From contig OY969707.1 of NCBI GenBank assembly GCA_963702085.1, positions 1,071,005 to 1,135,004 of the forward strand: a stretch of DNA of 64,000 nucleotides. Direction: 5' to 3'. Shown here piece by piece: positions 1 to 10,003 of this stretch (position 1 is the first letter of the stretch; each line of letters opens with the position of its first letter). The notes under the pieces are model-generated. The model saw only the letters and a list, made by a program, of their open reading frames with translations. It did not search any database and was not told the DNA's origin. The DNA comes from an uncultured Solirubrobacterales bacterium. GTDB lineage: Bacteria > Actinomycetota > Thermoleophilia > Solirubrobacterales > Solirubrobacteraceae. The translations under genes and the position numbers were made by a program.

Positions 1-1302
1 GAGCGAGGAACCGACCGGCCGGCCTGCCACCTCGCAGCGCTGGGACTGATCCTCGTCGCCGGCCTGGGTACCTGGGCGGGCGCGGTCAGCGGCACTCCGG
101 CGTTTGCTTCGGGCGAAACGAGCGGGGAAGGCAGCGGCGCACCCGGCGGAACGCAATCCTCGCCCACGGGCACGTCCAACTGCCCCTCCCCCAACCCCCC
201 CAACGAGCTCACGCTCGTCGCGGGCACCCCCCAGACCACCACGCTCGACGCGGCCTTCGTCGGCGGACTGCAGGTCGCGCTCTCCAACAGCGATGGCTGC
301 GCCGTCACCGCCGCCGCCGGGGTCCCGGTGACGTTCAGCGCGCCCGCCGGCGGCGCGAGCGGGCGCTTCTCGACCAGCAACTCCGACACCGCCACGGTCG
401 GGGCCGACGCCTCGGGCACCGTCGCCGCCCCGACGTTCACCGCCAACGGCACGGCCGGCAGCTACACCGTCACCGCGAGCTCGCCGTACGGCTCGGTCTC
501 GTTCTCGCTCACCAACACCGCCGCCGGCATCCCCGCGCGGCTCGCCGCGATTCCCCTGAAGCACAGGTCGACCAGCGTCGGCAGCCACTTCCCACAGCCG
601 CTGCAGGTCCGCGCTCTGGACGCCGGGGGCAACCCGGTGGCGGGGGTTACCGTCACATTCACGCTCGGTTCCGGCACCGCCGGCCGCTGCGGCGCCGGCA
701 CCACCGCGGGCGCCGACTTCGCCGGCGGAGGTACCCAGGCGACAGCCACCACCGGCGCGCGCGGGCTCGCCACCTCTCCGGCACTCACAGCGACCGCCGC
801 CGCCGGCTCGTTCGCCGCCACAGCCTCGATCTCGATCGGCGGCGGCGCGGGCGCGACCGAAGGTGCCAGCAAAACTGGGGACCCCAGCGTCGCGCCGGTC
901 GGCTTCTCATTGGTTAACGTCGCCGGCAAGCCCGCCAAGATCGCCCCCGGCGTCGGCTCCACCCAGTCCGCCCCCACAGGGAGCGCGTTCCCGATCCGCC
1001 TCGCGGTCACCGTCACCGACGCCGACAAGAACCCGGTGCCGGGGGCGCTCGTCACCTTCTCCGCCCCCTCCGGCGGGACCAGCGGGCGCTTCGCGCTCCG
1101 CTCCCGGGGCTCCCACCGCCACCGCGCCCGTGTCTCATATGCGCGCACCGTGGAGGTCAAAACCGGCGTCTGCGGGATCGCCGTGGCGCCCCTCTTCAGC
1201 GCCTCCGCTCAGCCGGGCGGCTACATCGTCAAGGCCAGCGCCGAGCCCGCCCGCCCGGCGGCGTTCGCGCTCGTCAACGAAGCCCCCGGCCAGTCCCTGT
1301 GA
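1..1302 (+). CDS. Secreted/surface protein with repeated Ig-like (Big_1/invasin-type) domains, 5' partial
   Basis: Frame 1 is open from base 1 (LAALGLILVAGLGTWAGAVSGTPAFA, signal-like). Three repeats of LQV/LAV..D..GNPV.G..VTF typical of Big_1 domains. Confidence 0.7.
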   Translation, partial: ERGTDRPACHLAALGLILVAGLGTWAGAVSGTPAFASGETSGEGSGAPGGTQSSPTGTSNCPSPNPPNELTLVAGTPQTTTLDAAFVGGLQVALSNSDGCAVTAAAGVPVTFSAPAGGASGRFSTSNSDTATVGADASGTVAAPTFTANGTAGSYTVTASSPYGSVSFSLTNTAAGIPARLAAIPLKHRSTSVGSHFPQPLQVRALDAGGNPVAGVTVTFTLGSGTAGRCGAGTTAGADFAGGGTQATATTGARGLATSPALTATAAAGSFAATASISIGGGAGATEGASKTGDPSVAPVGFSLVNVAGKPAKIAPGVGSTQSAPTGSAFPIRLAVTVTDADKNPVPGALVTFSAPSGGTSGRFALRSRGSHRHRARVSYARTVEVKTGVCGIAVAPLFSASAQPGGYIVKASAEPARPAAFALVNEAPGQSL

Positions 1303-1309
1303 GGGCGCC

Positions 1310-2545
1310 GTGAGCGCTGTCGCCGACCCCGCCCGCAACCACGCCGGCGGCGCCGACCTCGCCCCACGGCGATTGCGGGCTTCCGACCTCGCCCGCGTCG
1401 CGAGTGTCGGCCTGCGCACCAGGCGGATGCGCGCCGGGCTCTCGGCGCTGGGGATCGCGATCGGGGTCGCCGCGATCGTCGCGGTGCTCGGCCTGTCCGC
1501 CTCCAGCCAGGCGGGGCTGCTCGAAGAGATCGACAAGCTTGGGACGAATCTGCTGACGGTCACCAACGGCCAGAGCTTCGCCGGCAAGACCGCCGAGCTG
1601 CCACCGGTGGCCCCCGCGATGATCGCGCGCATCGAGCCGGTCGAAAGCGTGGCGGAGACCGGGAAGGTCGAAGGCAAGGTGTACCGCAGCCCGCTGATCC
1701 CGGAAGTCGACACAAACGCGCTCAGCGTCGAGGCGGCCAGCCTCGACCTGCTGCACACGCTGGGCGTGCGGGTCGTGCGGGGGCGTTATCTGAACGCCGC
1801 TACCGCAGAGGAGCCGGTGGCGGTGCTCGGTGCGGCCGCCGCGCAGCGGCTGGGCGTCGACCACATCTACCCCGGCGAGCGCATCTGGGTCGCAAACCAG
1901 TGGCTCTACCTCGTCGGCGTCCTCGGGCCCTCGGTGCTGACCCCCGAAATCGAAAGCGCGGTGCTCGTCGGCTTCGGGGCCGCCGAGCGCTACCTGCACT
2001 TCGACGGGCACCCCAACACGGTCTACCTGCGCGCCCAGAACAGCCAGGTCGCCGCCGTGCAGTCGGTGCTGGCCGCCACCGCCGACCCGGAGGCACCCAA
2101 CGAAGTGAACGTCAGCCAGCCCTCCGCCACGCTCACCGCCCGCGCGGACGCGCAGAGCGCGCTGAACGGCCTGTTCCTTGGGCTGGGCGCGGTTGCGCTG
2201 CTGGTCGGCGCGGTGGGCGTGGCGAACATCATGGTGATCTCCGTCCTGGAACGCCGCTCGGAGATCGGGCTACGCCGCGCGCTCGGCGCCACCCGCGGGC
2301 AGATCCGCACGCAGTTCCTGTCCGAGGCGATCCTGCTCGCGCTCGGCGGCGGCGCCGTCGGCATCGCCGTTGGAGCGCTCGCAACCGCCATTTACGCCGC
2401 CACCAAGGGCTGGACAATCGTCGTGCCCACCGTCGCCTGGGCCGGCGGGTTCGGGGCGGCGCTTTTGATCGGCGCCGTCGCCGGGCTCGTGCCCGCGCTG
2501 CGCGCCGCTCGGCTGTCACCGACCGAGGCGCTGCGGACGGTATGA
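1310..2545 (+). CDS. MacB/FtsX-family ABC transporter permease
   Basis: RAGLSALGIAIGVAAIV N-terminal TM; GVANIMVISVLERRSEIGLRRALGA and LSPTEALR C-terminal signatures; GTG start at 1310 chosen. Confidence 0.92.
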   Translation: MSAVADPARNHAGGADLAPRRLRASDLARVASVGLRTRRMRAGLSALGIAIGVAAIVAVLGLSASSQAGLLEEIDKLGTNLLTVTNGQSFAGKTAELPPVAPAMIARIEPVESVAETGKVEGKVYRSPLIPEVDTNALSVEAASLDLLHTLGVRVVRGRYLNAATAEEPVAVLGAAAAQRLGVDHIYPGERIWVANQWLYLVGVLGPSVLTPEIESAVLVGFGAAERYLHFDGHPNTVYLRAQNSQVAAVQSVLAATADPEAPNEVNVSQPSATLTARADAQSALNGLFLGLGAVALLVGAVGVANIMVISVLERRSEIGLRRALGATRGQIRTQFLSEAILLALGGGAVGIAVGALATAIYAATKGWTIVVPTVAWAGGFGAALLIGAVAGLVPALRAARLSPTEALRTV

Positions 2546-2619
2546 GCCGAAGGCCGAGAGCAGGCCGAGGCGCGGAGAGCGGACTGAAGCGACAGACCAT
2601 CTCCGAAAAGGAGCAGACA

Positions 2620-2772
2620 TGAGCGCTGCTCGAACGCGATCAGGTTTCGACCTACCTCGTCGAGGATGAGGGTGCTCCAGCGCAGCTTGTAGAGCCCCTC
2701 CAGGGAATGCCAATGCTAGACCAGAGCGTTGCGTAGATGCCGCTGGTAGAGGACGCTCGCGTTCACGATCAC
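2620..2772 (-). pseudogene. Degenerate PIN-domain toxin remnant
   Basis: Hand translation gives VIVNASVLYQRHLRNALV*HWHSLEGLYKLRWSTLILDEVGRNL, matching the VLDAxVLY..LR..LL....GLY..RWS..ILDE..RNL start of PIN toxins; in-frame TAG at 2716-2718; the 3' boundary is approximate. Confidence 0.7.
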
Positions 2773-2831
2773 ACGTGTGGCGAGGACAATTGGCCACTGA
2801 CCTTACGGCCCGCGCGGCGGCGGCGTGGTGG

Positions 2832-3335
2832 TCAGTCGTCGTTGAGCTGTGTTGCGGCGTGCATCGCCTCGCGCATCGCCTCGTGGGCGGTTTCCCGCTG
2901 GCGCTTGTAGTCGAGGATCGCGCTCGCTGGTATCCGCCGGTGGCCGCCCGGGGTCTTGGCATGGGGAATGCGCTCCCGCTCCAGCAGCACATTGAGATGG
3001 GTGCGGGAGACGCTGAGCAGACGGGCCGCGTCCTGGGCGGTCAGCTCCTCGTCGAGGATGACCACCTCGGGGTCCTGGCCGCCGGCCTGCCGGCGCAGCA
3101 GCTCCTCGGCCGTCCGCAGCGCCTTGACCGGGAACAGCGCGTCATCCAGCTGCAGCTCTCCCAGCGGCACAGCTCCACGAGCCGAAGGCATCCGGCCGAG
3201 AGCGCCGTGCAGCTGCTCAGCCGACGCCTGGAGTTCCTCCGGCGATCGCGCCGGAACCCCGCGAGATCCGCCGACACCGGCGGGCGCGGCCTTTCGGCGC
3301 AGGCTCGATGGACGACGATCAGCGGGCTTTCGCAT
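2832..3335 (-). CDS. Excisionase-like HTH DNA-binding protein (antitoxin type usually paired with PIN)
   Basis: EELTAQDAARLLSVSRTHLNVLLERERIPHAKTPGGHRRI is an HTH_17 signature; lies just upstream of the PIN remnant. Start uncertain. Confidence 0.8.
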   Translation of the reverse strand: MRKPADRRPSSLRRKAAPAGVGGSRGVPARSPEELQASAEQLHGALGRMPSARGAVPLGELQLDDALFPVKALRTAEELLRRQAGGQDPEVVILDEELTAQDAARLLSVSRTHLNVLLERERIPHAKTPGGHRRIPASAILDYKRQRETAHEAMREAMHAATQLNDD

Positions 3336-3835
3336 GCCCTCATGCTAGCGGCAATTCGCAAAAATCGCCACGAACCTATCTTCCCAGCCCCACGGTGGTT
3401 ATGGCCTGACGGCGCGGGCGATCGTCTTTACGATGGCCTACACGGCGGTCAGGCCGGACGAGCTGTGCACGACTGAGCGGCAGGATGTCGCAACCGGCTA
3501 AAAATGACCACGACAGGCTCTCAGCGTACGCAGGACGTACGCAGCCGCAAGGTATCATGAGGTCGGATCTCGCATTCCAGAGCCATTTTGAGCTGCGTTT
3601 CGCACCTGTCGAACCCACCGTCTCCACTGAACCTTATTTTCGAACGTTCTCTCGGAGGCGACCAAGCCCGCCCCGGACCGGCGTGCCATTGATTGGCTCG
3701 GGCGCAATGAGCCCGAGCTCGTATCAAGGGTGGGCACCGGTCGGTCCTCTGGGCTGACATAACGCTCGGACGGTAGGGTTCCCGTGCGAGGCCGGCACCG
3801 AGGCCTGCCACGCTCTATCAAAGAGGGGCACTGGA

Positions 3836-4969
3836 ATGAGCGAGCGTATCGTTGTGCTCGGCGCCGGTTTCGGCGGGCTGGAGCTTTGCACCATGCTGTC
3901 GGAGGCGCTCGGCGAGGACGCGGCCGTGACGCTGATCGACAAGTCCGATGCCTTCGTGTTCGGATTCTCCAAGCTCGACGTGATGTTCCGTCACGCCCCG
4001 TCAGATTCGGTGCGCATGTACTACCGAGACATGGTCAAGCCGGGCGTGCGGGTGCTCCGCGAGACGGTCACCGCGATCGACCCGGTGTCCCGGCTTGTGA
4101 GCACCGACGCGGGGACGCATGCGGCGGACGTGCTTGTGATTGCGCTCGGCGCCGATTACGACATGGACGCGACGCCTGGCCTTGCCGACCCCGGCAACGA
4201 GTTCTATTCCGTGGCAGGCGCCGAACGGCTCGCCGGCATCATCCCGTCCTTCTCGCACGGCCACGCCGTGATCGGGATATGCGGCGCGCCGTTCAAGTGT
4301 CCGCCCGCTCCCAGCGAGTGCGCGCTGATGCTGGATGACGAGCTGAGGACGCGCGGCGTCCGGGACGCGTGTGAGATCTCGATCGTGATGCCGCTGGGCA
4401 CGCCCGTCCCGCCCTCGCCAGAGACGTCGGCCGCGCTGGAACGGGAGTTCGCTGCACGCGACATCGCGCTGCTCAGCGGACGGCGCGTCGCGTCGCTCGA
4501 TCCGTCTCGCGGCCTCGCCGTGCTCGACGACGACAGTGAACTGCCCTACGACCTCTTCCTCGGCGTTCCGAAGCATCGCGCGCCGGATGTCGTGATCTCC
4601 AGTGGCATGACGGAGGATGGCTACGTACCCGTAGATTCCGCCACGCTGGCGACGCGCTATCCCGGCGTCTACGCGATCGGCGACGTCGCAACGGCGGGCG
4701 TCCCGAAGGCCGGTGTCTTCGCCGAGGGTGCCGCACGGGTCGTCGCGCAGACGATCGTCGCGCAGCGCAGAGGCGGCGAGCCCCCAGAACGCTACCTCGG
4801 ACGGGGCACCTGCTACATCGAGTTCGGCCAAGGGCGCATCGGCAGCGTCGACATCGACTTCCTGTCCGGTCCGACCAGGACGGGCACATTCAACGCACCT
4901 TCGGCCGCGCAGATGGCAGAGAAGGAGCGGTTCGGCTCGAGCCGCCGTGCGCGCTGGTTTAGTGCGTGA
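3836..4969 (+). CDS. FAD-dependent oxidoreductase, sulfide:quinone oxidoreductase-like
   Basis: VVLGAGFGG Rossmann motif, FKCPPAP, YAIGDVA..PKAGVFA, GTCYIEFG (two redox Cys positions). Confidence 0.8.
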   Translation: MSERIVVLGAGFGGLELCTMLSEALGEDAAVTLIDKSDAFVFGFSKLDVMFRHAPSDSVRMYYRDMVKPGVRVLRETVTAIDPVSRLVSTDAGTHAADVLVIALGADYDMDATPGLADPGNEFYSVAGAERLAGIIPSFSHGHAVIGICGAPFKCPPAPSECALMLDDELRTRGVRDACEISIVMPLGTPVPPSPETSAALEREFAARDIALLSGRRVASLDPSRGLAVLDDDSELPYDLFLGVPKHRAPDVVISSGMTEDGYVPVDSATLATRYPGVYAIGDVATAGVPKAGVFAEGAARVVAQTIVAQRRGGEPPERYLGRGTCYIEFGQGRIGSVDIDFLSGPTRTGTFNAPSAAQMAEKERFGSSRRARWFSA

Positions 4970-5013
4970 AAGAGCGGACACTCGGTGTCTCACCGCGGTG
5001 CTACCATAGGGCT

Positions 5014-5286
5014 ATGCCTACACGCTTTGCTCGTATCCCTGTCACAAAGGATCTCGCGCTTGCGGAGGCGTTGGGCCGCGTCGCGCCTCTCGTTGAGCCT
5101 GGCCAGCCGGCCGCCACACTGGTGCACGACCTAGCGATCCGCGGCGCCGAGGCGCTACTGGCTGAGCACGGGCGGCAGGCCGACGCGATCGAGCGCCTGA
5201 TCGACCGGTCGACCTCGACCGACCCCGGCTTCGACGTCGAGGTGGCCCAGCAGATCGACGAGCTCGCCTGGGGCATGTCGCAGTGA
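5014..5286 (+). CDS. Putative antitoxin (VapB-like)
   Basis: Small ORF whose stop overlaps the PIN gene start (GTGA). Confidence 0.65.
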   Translation: MPTRFARIPVTKDLALAEALGRVAPLVEPGQPAATLVHDLAIRGAEALLAEHGRQADAIERLIDRSTSTDPGFDVEVAQQIDELAWGMSQ

Positions 5287-5735
5287 GTGACGAGCCCCCC
5301 TTCGGGGGCAGAGTTCTGATCGCCGACACCTCGGCTTGGGCTCGCGCGTCGCACCCCCTCGTTCGTGGCCAATGGGCCGCAGCGCTGCGCGGCAGGCAGA
5401 TCGCCACCTGCTCGATCGTGACGCTCGACCTGCTGTACGCGGCACGAGATGCGCAGGAGCTGGCGATGCTCGAGACCGAGCAGGCGCTACTGCGGGTCGT
5501 GCCCGTCGCCACCTCGGCCCAGCGGGCAGCGATCGGCGCGCTGCGCGATCTTGCCGGGGATGGGCCGGGGCGGCACCGCGTTCCGATCGCAGACGCCTTG
5601 ATTGCCGCCGCGGCGCAGGAAGCCGGCATCGACGTGCTGCACTACGATCGTCACTACGATCGTCTCGCGCGGGTGCTCGGCTTCTCGAGCGTTTGGATCG
5701 CATCCGCTGGCACGCTCGAGCAGCGAACCCCCTGA
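5283..5735 (+). CDS. vapC: PIN-domain VapC-family toxin
   Basis: LIADTSAW, DALIAAAA, VLHYDRHYD PIN motifs. Confidence 0.9.
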   Translation: MSDEPPFGGRVLIADTSAWARASHPLVRGQWAAALRGRQIATCSIVTLDLLYAARDAQELAMLETEQALLRVVPVATSAQRAAIGALRDLAGDGPGRHRVPIADALIAAAAQEAGIDVLHYDRHYDRLARVLGFSSVWIASAGTLEQRTP

Positions 5736-5745
5736 TCGGCCTCCT

Positions 5746-7134
5746 CTACGCGGATTCGTCCTCGCCGCTGTCGAGACCGTCCTGCTCCGGCGCGCCGCCC
5801 TCGGCCTCGATCTCCGGGCGCCTGTTGTGCCAGCGTCGGCTGACGTCTCGCGCGCCGAGTCGCGCGACTTCTGAGAGCAGTGCGCCCCGGTCGACGTCGC
5901 CTTTGGCGAGCAGGCGCGCGACGGCCCCGCCGATCCGGCGTGGCGTCAGGACGCGCGAGGGCCGTGTGCGGTGGTTGAGCACTTCGAAGAACTCGTCAGC
6001 TTTGCCCTGTTGCTGCAGGCGGCGGAGCACCTCGACGAGCACCGGCGGGACGTGGCCGGGGTCTTCGAAGTCGGTTGCGATCCAGTAGTGCTCGGCGAAC
6101 TCGCGATCGCGCCACCGTCCCCACCGGTGGGTCGCACGGTCCAGGGCGCGGTCGGGTCCCTGCAGCGCGCCGGCGATCGTCTCGGCGAGCGTCTCGGCCT
6201 GCAGGAAGGCGTCGCCGATGCCGCGCCCGGGGGCGGGGCTCTTGAAGTGTCCGGCGTCCCCGGTCAGCACCCACCCGGGGCCTGAGGCCTTGCGGAAGAA
6301 CCCCTCCCACTGGATCGCGCCGAGCACCTTGCCGACCTGGCGCGCGCCGTCGAGCGCGTCGGCGACCGGCTGGCAACCGCGGACGTGGTCGACGAACGCG
6401 GTGGTCGGGTCGGCGCGGAAGCGGGGCAGTTCGGCTCGTTCGGGCCAGGCCAGGACCTGGTAGAGGCCGCTGTCGGAGGGGATCGCGAGGATGAACCGGT
6501 CCCCGAAGCGGTGTGAGAGAAACGTGGGGACGGGTCCGGGGTGTGCGTCCTCGAAGAACGCCCAGTAGCACCCGCGCCGGCTGGGGGTGAGGTTGTAGCG
6601 GGAAGCGCGGCCCAGCTTGGCGACGGTCGAGTGGCGCCCGTCGGCGCCGACGACCACGCGGGCGCGCAGCTCGTGCTCTCGCCCGTCCTCGGTGTAGCGC
6701 ACGCCGGCGACGCGGCCGTGCTCTTCGAGCAGCGCGCTGACGCGTGCGCCGGTTCGCAGCTCGGCCCCGGACTCCTGGGCTGCCTGGACGAGGATCGGGT
6801 CGAGCAGCGTGCGTCGCACCGAGGCGATGCCACCGATGTCTGCCGGCTGGCGCGGCAGCTCCCCCTGCAGTCGCACGTCCTCGACGCGTGTGTCGGTGTG
6901 GTTGACCATCGGAGCACCGGTCGCCCGGAGCTGCTCGGCGACCCCGAGGCGATCGAGGAACGCCAGCGCGTCGGCCTCGAAGAGGTGGCTGGAGAGCCTG
7001 TCGCTGGGAAAGGTGGCGCGGTCGAGGACGGCCACCCGGCTGCCGCGGCGCGCGAGCAGCGCGGCGAGCGGGGCCCCCGCGCAGCGCGCTCCGACGACAA
7101 CCACGTCGTAGCTCCGCCTGGTGTCCTGTGTCAT
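5746..7134 (-). CDS. FAD-dependent monooxygenase/oxidoreductase
   Basis: DVVVVGARCAG, VVGADGRHS, WVLTGDAGHFK..PG.GI flavoprotein motifs. Confidence 0.88.
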   Translation of the reverse strand: MTQDTRRSYDVVVVGARCAGAPLAALLARRGSRVAVLDRATFPSDRLSSHLFEADALAFLDRLGVAEQLRATGAPMVNHTDTRVEDVRLQGELPRQPADIGGIASVRRTLLDPILVQAAQESGAELRTGARVSALLEEHGRVAGVRYTEDGREHELRARVVVGADGRHSTVAKLGRASRYNLTPSRRGCYWAFFEDAHPGPVPTFLSHRFGDRFILAIPSDSGLYQVLAWPERAELPRFRADPTTAFVDHVRGCQPVADALDGARQVGKVLGAIQWEGFFRKASGPGWVLTGDAGHFKSPAPGRGIGDAFLQAETLAETIAGALQGPDRALDRATHRWGRWRDREFAEHYWIATDFEDPGHVPPVLVEVLRRLQQQGKADEFFEVLNHRTRPSRVLTPRRIGGAVARLLAKGDVDRGALLSEVARLGARDVSRRWHNRRPEIEAEGGAPEQDGLDSGEDESA

Positions 7135-7158
7135 GGGTCTATCCTCTCGTTCGAGGGT

Positions 7159-7211
7159 ACCTAGTGATCGTTAGGTGCTGGGTCCAGAAGATTACTTAGG
7201 AGTCATTAGGT
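7159..7211. promoter_or_regulatory. Two related 18-bp operator-like boxes between divergent monooxygenase and TetR genes
   Basis: ACCTAGTGATCGTTAGGT (7159-7176, inverted ends ACCTA/TAGGT) and ACTTAGGAGTCATTAGGT (7194-7211). Confidence 0.6.
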
Positions 7212-7231
7212 TGTCAACCGAAGACCGTAGG

Positions 7232-7912
7232 GTGGCGCCGCGCCGGCGCCTGACCGCGCAGGCCCGGCGTGAGCTGATCGAAGGGGCGGCGAGCGAGCTG
7301 TTCGCAGAGCGCGGCTACGCGGGCACGACGATCGAGGCGATCGCGGCGGCCTCGGGCGTCACGGCACCGGTGCTCTACGACCACTTCGCGTCCAAGCTCG
7401 ACCTGCACCGGTGCCTGTTGGAGCGCCACTACGCGGATCTGCGCGAGGTGTGGCGAGAGCAGCTGCAGGGCGAGGAGCCTCCCGGGCGGGCGGTCCCGCG
7501 AGCCGTCGACGCGTGGTTTGCCTACGTGGAAGCCCACCCCTACGCCTGGCGGATGCTCTTCCGGGACACCACGGGCGAACCGGAGGTTCGGGCCGCTCAC
7601 GAAGAGGTCATCGCGCAAAGCCGCGAGGCGATCACGCCCCTGCTCCTGAAGTACATCGACGCCGGGGCTCGGAAGACCACGGACGCCAACGCCAACGCCA
7701 CCGCCACCGTCAACACCAACGCACTCGACATGGCCTGGGTGGTCATGCGCGGCGTCCTGCAGGGCCTCGCGCTGTGGTGGTACGAGCACCAGCAGGTGCC
7801 GCGAGCCGAGGTCGTTGCCGCCGCGATGAACAGCCTCTGGATTGGCTTCGAGCGCGCCCAAGCAGGCGAAACATGGCAGTCGCCAGCCCCCGGCTCGGAG
7901 TCCTCTAACTGA
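7232..7912 (+). CDS. TetR/AcrR-family regulator
   Basis: RRELIEGAASELFAERGYAGTTIEAIAAASGVTAPVLYDHFASK HTH; start uncertain (7211 or 7232). Confidence 0.92.
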   Translation: MAPRRRLTAQARRELIEGAASELFAERGYAGTTIEAIAAASGVTAPVLYDHFASKLDLHRCLLERHYADLREVWREQLQGEEPPGRAVPRAVDAWFAYVEAHPYAWRMLFRDTTGEPEVRAAHEEVIAQSREAITPLLLKYIDAGARKTTDANANATATVNTNALDMAWVVMRGVLQGLALWWYEHQQVPRAEVVAAAMNSLWIGFERAQAGETWQSPAPGSESSN

Positions 7913-8287
7913 GCCAGCCCCCGGCCGGGAGCCTTCCAGCTGAGCCAGCCCCCCGCTCCAAGCCGTCCAGCTGAGCCCGCGTGTGTCACGACCACGGACC
8001 CCATGCCTGCGTTCCGTGCGGGACATGGGGCCCTGATCGCGGGTCCTCCCTGACTCGTAGTCGTCCGTGACCCGTCATACCTGACTTGGCTGCAATGCTC
8101 CCAGCACGCGTGTGCCGGTCTCACTGCTTCTTGCGGCGCTTCTCCGCCGCGAGTCCATGCTGACGGGTGCGTGGCCTCAACCGCGACCACCCAAGGTGTT
8201 AGAAGACGACACCTCTTGGGCGCGTCCTCCGCTGAGGTCGAGCTCGCGGCGCCGTGCTCGTCTTCCTCTTGCGCGACCGCATCTGTC

Positions 8288-9034
8288 ATGCTCGAGGGTG
8301 ACACGTTGGAACCGAGTCGGCCACAGACAGCGGGCGCAACTGTCGGTGGGGAGGACCCACTGGCGCGCCACTCGCTCTCGCCACGAGAGCTCAAGCAACT
8401 GCTCGCGGTCGAGGGCGAACGGCTGCCGTTCCTTGCCCTGCGCGAGCCGGACGGGCGGCTGCGTCTGATCGTGCTCGACAGTCGCCGGCCGAGCCTCACG
8501 ATCGGGCGGCGGGCCGAGACCGACGTTCCGATCGCGTGGGACGACGAGGTCTCGGCTCTGCACGCCGAACTGCACTGCCGAGGCGGGGAGTGGACGATCC
8601 TCGACGACGGCCTGTCGAGGAACGGCACCTTTCTCAACGGACGCCGGGTTGCCACACGGCAGCGGCTGCGCGACGGAGACCGTGTCCGGGTTGGACGCAC
8701 GACGATGGCGTTTCACCTCGGTGGCCGCGAGCAGGCGCAGACGACCGTAGCGGGGCGCGCGTTGCCGGTGCCGACGCTGAGTCCCACCCGGCGCAGGGTG
8801 CTCCTCGCGCTCTGCCGTCCCCACCTCGAGGGCGGCGCCTACACGCCCGCGAGCAACCGGCAGATCGCGCAGGAGGTGTTCCTGAGCGTTGACGCGGTCA
8901 AGACGCACCTGCGGGCGCTGTTCAACGAGTTCGGTCTCGCCCACCTGCCGCAGAACCAGAAGCGCGCGGCGCTGGTGGAGCGAGCCACGCAGCTCGGGGC
9001 GGTCAGCCCGAGCGAGCTCGACCAGATCTCCTGA
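8288..9034 (+). CDS. FHA-domain protein with C-terminal LuxR-like HTH
   Basis: TIGRR..VSALHA..SRNGTFLNG FHA motif; SNRQIAQEVFLSVDAVKTHLRALF HTH. Confidence 0.88.
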   Translation: MLEGDTLEPSRPQTAGATVGGEDPLARHSLSPRELKQLLAVEGERLPFLALREPDGRLRLIVLDSRRPSLTIGRRAETDVPIAWDDEVSALHAELHCRGGEWTILDDGLSRNGTFLNGRRVATRQRLRDGDRVRVGRTTMAFHLGGREQAQTTVAGRALPVPTLSPTRRRVLLALCRPHLEGGAYTPASNRQIAQEVFLSVDAVKTHLRALFNEFGLAHLPQNQKRAALVERATQLGAVSPSELDQIS

Positions 9035-9091
9035 CGGGGGTCCAGCCTTCTTGGCGGGACGCACGGTGGTCGAGAAGTGGGTGCGTGAACG

Positions 9092-10003
9092 TCAGGCGGA
9101 CGCCGAGGCTTCGTGGGCCGCCACCCGTGCGCGGCGGTACTCGTTGACGACGATCTCTGTCAGCTCCTCGACCGAGGTCTCGGCGGTCGGCTTGTCCAGC
9201 GCGATCGTGCCGTCCTGGATCATGCTGACTCGATCGCACGCCTCCAGCACGTGCACGTAGTTGTGGAGGATCATGACGATCGAGACCCGCCCCTCGGACT
9301 TCAGGCGCGCGACGAGGTCGAGGATCATCGCGCCCTCCTTGGCGCCCATTGCCGCGAGCGGCTCGTCGAGCAGCAGGATGTCGGCGTCGGAGCTGACGGT
9401 GCGCGCAACCGCGATCGCCTGGCGCTGGCCGCCGGAGAGGCGCGCGACGGAGACGTCGATCCGCGGGATGTTGATGCCGATCTCATCGAGCGCCGCGCGG
9501 GCTTCGCGCTTCATCTGCCGGTTGGCCAGCAGCGGCAGCGGGCGGTGCACCCGCTCGCGGCGCAGGAACAGGTTGTGGTAGATCGACAGTTCGTCGATCA
9601 GCGCCAGGTCCTGGTAGACGGTGTCGATGCCGTGCGCGCGAGCGTCGTCGACGCTCTTGGGCTCGTAGGGCTCACCGCGCAGGAACATGCGCCCGGAGTC
9701 CGGGCGTTGAAAGCCGCAGAGGATCTTGATCAGCGTCGACTTGCCCGCGCCGTTGTCGCCGAGCAGCCCCAGCACCTCGCCCTTGCGCAGGTGCAGGCTG
9801 ACGTCGCGCAGCGCCGTCACGGGGCCGAAGCGCTTGGCGATGTGCTCCACGCGCAGCACGTCCTCGGGCGAGCCGTTCGCCGTCGCGCGCCCGGCGAGCA
9901 GGCGCTCATCTCCGGCGGGTGTCGCGGCAGAGCGGGCCACCGGCTCGGCCCGCGGGCCACCGGCGTCGCGCTCGGGCTGCGCTTCGGGTGATCGCTCAGC
10001 CAC
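9092..10003 (-). CDS. Sugar ABC transporter ATP-binding protein
   Basis: GDNGAGKST Walker A, LSGGQRQ signature, LLLDEP Walker B. Confidence 0.95.
   Translation of the reverse strand: MAERSPEAQPERDAGGPRAEPVARSAATPAGDERLLAGRATANGSPEDVLRVEHIAKRFGPVTALRDVSLHLRKGEVLGLLGDNGAGKSTLIKILCGFQRPDSGRMFLRGEPYEPKSVDDARAHGIDTVYQDLALIDELSIYHNLFLRRERVHRPLPLLANRQMKREARAALDEIGINIPRIDVSVARLSGGQRQAIAVARTVSSDADILLLDEPLAAMGAKEGAMILDLVARLKSEGRVSIVMILHNYVHVLEACDRVSMIQDGTIALDKPTAETSVEELTEIVVNEYRRARVAAHEASASA

Noticed and set aside
2832-3335. Prophage or ICE excisionase
   Set aside because: No integrase or phage genes are nearby, and the downstream PIN remnant points to a TA antitoxin.
7909-7980. Short CTGAGCCAGCCCC repeats after the TetR gene
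   Set aside because: Only two to three degenerate copies in GC-rich DNA, with no evidence of function.
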